A stretch of DNA of 37,448 nt, taken from Thermotogota bacterium. GTDB lineage: Bacteria; Bipolaricaulota; Bipolaricaulia; UBA7950; UBA9294. The stretch is from contig JBDKUT010000009.1 in the NCBI GenBank assembly GCA_039679545.1, positions 1 through 37,448 of the forward strand, given 5' to 3'. Positions 35,694-37,448 of this stretch are shown here, in pieces. Within the stretch, counting starts at the first letter, position 1, and every line of letters starts with the position of its first letter. The position numbers and the translations under genes were made by a program. The notes under the pieces were generated by a model. It was given only the letters and a program-made list of their open reading frames with translations, searched no databases and had not been told where the DNA came from.

Positions 35694-36200
35694 GTGGAGG
35701 TCAGGATTCGACAGGCGGTCCCCGATGACGCGCCGGCGCTGGCTCGGGTGCACGTCGACTCCTGGAGGCGTGCGTACCAGGGACTGGTTCCGGACGAGCG
35801 CCTCGCCAAGCTCTCCTACGCGAGGGGCGAGGCGAACTTCCTCCGTTCGATGCGCGAGGGCCCGGAAGAAACGCACATCGCAGAAGAGGCGGGCGAGGCC
35901 GTCGGCTTCCTCACGCTTGGGCCGTGTCGGGACGACGACGTCAATTTGGCTGCGGCAGAGCTCTGGGGACTGTACTTGTCACCGAGTCGCTGGCGAAGAG
36001 GTATCGGGACTCGCCTCTGCCGATACGGAGAGGAGCTTCTCGCGGCTCGCGGTCACCGCACAATCGTCCTCTGGGTCTTTGCTGGAAACCTGAACGCGCG
36101 GCGGTTCTACGAGGCGATGGGCTACGCGTCGGACGGGGCCGCAAAGCAGCTCGACTTCGGGATTCCCCTCGAAGCCGTTCGCTACCGCCGAGACCTCTAG
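35694..36200 (+). CDS. GNAT family N-acetyltransferase
   Basis: IRQA...DA..LARVHV.SW..AY, LYLSP..WRRGIGT.L and LWVF..N..ARRFYE.MGY. Start 35694 or 35670. Confidence 0.9.
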   Translation: MEVRIRQAVPDDAPALARVHVDSWRRAYQGLVPDERLAKLSYARGEANFLRSMREGPEETHIAEEAGEAVGFLTLGPCRDDDVNLAAAELWGLYLSPSRWRRGIGTRLCRYGEELLAARGHRTIVLWVFAGNLNARRFYEAMGYASDGAAKQLDFGIPLEAVRYRRDL

Positions 36201-37448
36201 CGCTTCGCGAGGTCTTTTGCTTCCGCGAGCAGCCGGTCGAGGGCTACGCGATCGTAGTACGTTCCGCGCCGGAACACGGCCTCGATCTCTCGGGCATTCC
36301 GGATGTCCTCGAGCGGATTGGCGCGAAGAAGGACCACCGACGCGATCTTGCCCTTGGCGATCGCGCCGAGTCGGTCATCCAGCCCCATGAACCGCGCGGG
36401 CACCAGCGTCGCGCTGCGCAGCACATCGGCGGCAGGGATGCCGGCGTCCTGCCAGATCCCCATCTCATCGTGGACGGAGAACCCCGGGAGAGAGCCGGGA
36501 GTGCAGAGGTCGGTGCCGACCATGAGTGGGATTCCCGCCGCGTGGAGCTCGACGACAAAGCGAGCCCATGCCTGCCATAGGACGTCGGGCAGGTCTTCCT
36601 GTTCGCTCCAAAGACTTCGCCACGTCTCGAGGACTGTTGGCGAGATGTACTCGGCGAGCGGGAACTCGCCCGACTGGAACTGGGAGGTGTGCACGCCGAC
36701 CCTGAACACGTTGACGGTTGGGCAGACGGTGAGGCCGCTCTCGCGAAGTTGGTCGAGCGCCCGTGCCATGGTCTGTGCGTCGACGTCGCCAAGTCGAAGG
36801 AGATACCCGGCCTCGGCACCCATCCCGACATACTCCCTCCGAACAGGCTGGCCGAGCAGTTCTCCGATGAGTCTCTCGAACCCGAAGAAGTGCTCGCTCG
36901 ACGCGAGTCCCGCGGAGGCAGCCTCGCGGATCGAGACTGACTCCGGCACGTGGCCGACGACCTTGAGGCCGAGCGCGTTGGCTTCGTCGAGGATCGCGAA
37001 GAGAGTGTCCCGATCCAGACGGCTGTAGACCTTGATCATGTCCACGCCCGCGGCCGCCTGCTGCCGGACCGCCGCGCGAGCGGCGGTGGGTGAGCCAAGG
37101 CCCATCGAGATTGCGGGGATGATCGGCGGCTCGCCGTCGAGGACCGCACCCGTGACCGCCATTTCCGGTCCGACGAGGCTGCCATCCCGGAGGCCGGCAC
37201 GGATCTCCAGGGCGGCGGCGGTCGGCAGCCCGGTGTCGCGGGCGAAGAGGACGCCGTTCGCCACCATCGCTCGTCCGAAGACCTGCGGGTCGATGAAGTG
37301 AACGTGGGCGTCGCAGAGTCCGGGGATGACGAAGAGGCCCTGACCGTCGATGATCGTTGCGTCGTCGGGGACGGCGACCCGGCCGACGTCAACAATGCGA
37401 TCGCCCGCAACGAGGATTGTCTGCCCCGTTCGAGTCACCCCCGCTTCC
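36197..37448 (-). CDS. Amidohydrolase family protein (5' end lies outside the window)
   Basis: IPGLCDAHVH, DMIKVY, VVGH, SSEH, GTD and G.IA.GK.A..VLL.ANPL.DI.N. Confidence 0.88.
   Translation of the reverse strand, partial: EAGVTRTGQTILVAGDRIVDVGRVAVPDDATIIDGQGLFVIPGLCDAHVHFIDPQVFGRAMVANGVLFARDTGLPTAAALEIRAGLRDGSLVGPEMAVTGAVLDGEPPIIPAISMGLGSPTAARAAVRQQAAAGVDMIKVYSRLDRDTLFAILDEANALGLKVVGHVPESVSIREAASAGLASSEHFFGFERLIGELLGQPVRREYVGMGAEAGYLLRLGDVDAQTMARALDQLRESGLTVCPTVNVFRVGVHTSQFQSGEFPLAEYISPTVLETWRSLWSEQEDLPDVLWQAWARFVVELHAAGIPLMVGTDLCTPGSLPGFSVHDEMGIWQDAGIPAADVLRSATLVPARFMGLDDRLGAIAKGKIASVVLLRANPLEDIRNAREIEAVFRRGTYYDRVALDRLLAEAKDLAKR

Noticed and set aside
24044..36200. Integron cassette array
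   Set aside because: Genes are in mixed orientations, no RYYYAAC...GTTRRRY attC pattern was found after the stops, and there is no intI.

Overview
This is a GC-rich bacterial window. The gene content (LptF/G-LptD fusion, AOR with MobB/MoeB, holB-ricT pair) suggests an anaerobic diderm such as Bipolaricaulota or a Thermotogota-like lineage; this is inference only. Bases 1-22982 are mostly core and metabolic genes: thioesterase, C-N hydrolase, a 29-aa Cys-tailed membrane peptide, LptF/G-LptD fusion, miaB, DinG, a GT2-rpiB-rho-M23-murA-hflX operon, aor-mobB-holB-ricT, acyl-CoA synthetase, M20 peptidase, nitroreductase and a DUF6092-like gene. From about 22985 the window becomes an accessory mosaic. 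It contains two tandem ~140-nt structured repeats with covariation, an XRE regulator divergent from a consensus sigma70 promoter that drives a ~110-nt four-way-junction RNA candidate, and heptamer arrays bracketing a two-gene cassette in inverted orientation. It also holds gene fragments, a type II R-M pair, three scars of the same unidentified gene 3' end, a lectin-like beta-propeller, a papain-lectin fusion with its chagasin inhibitor, moeB-rhodanese, three tandem paralogs (two decayed), a GNAT and a truncated amidohydrolase. The best novelty candidates are the XRE/ncRNA/structured-repeat module, the single-chain LptF/G-LptD protein, the protease-lectin/inhibitor module and the apparent insertion hotspot. 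No CRISPR array, tRNA, rRNA, integrase or transposase was recognised.
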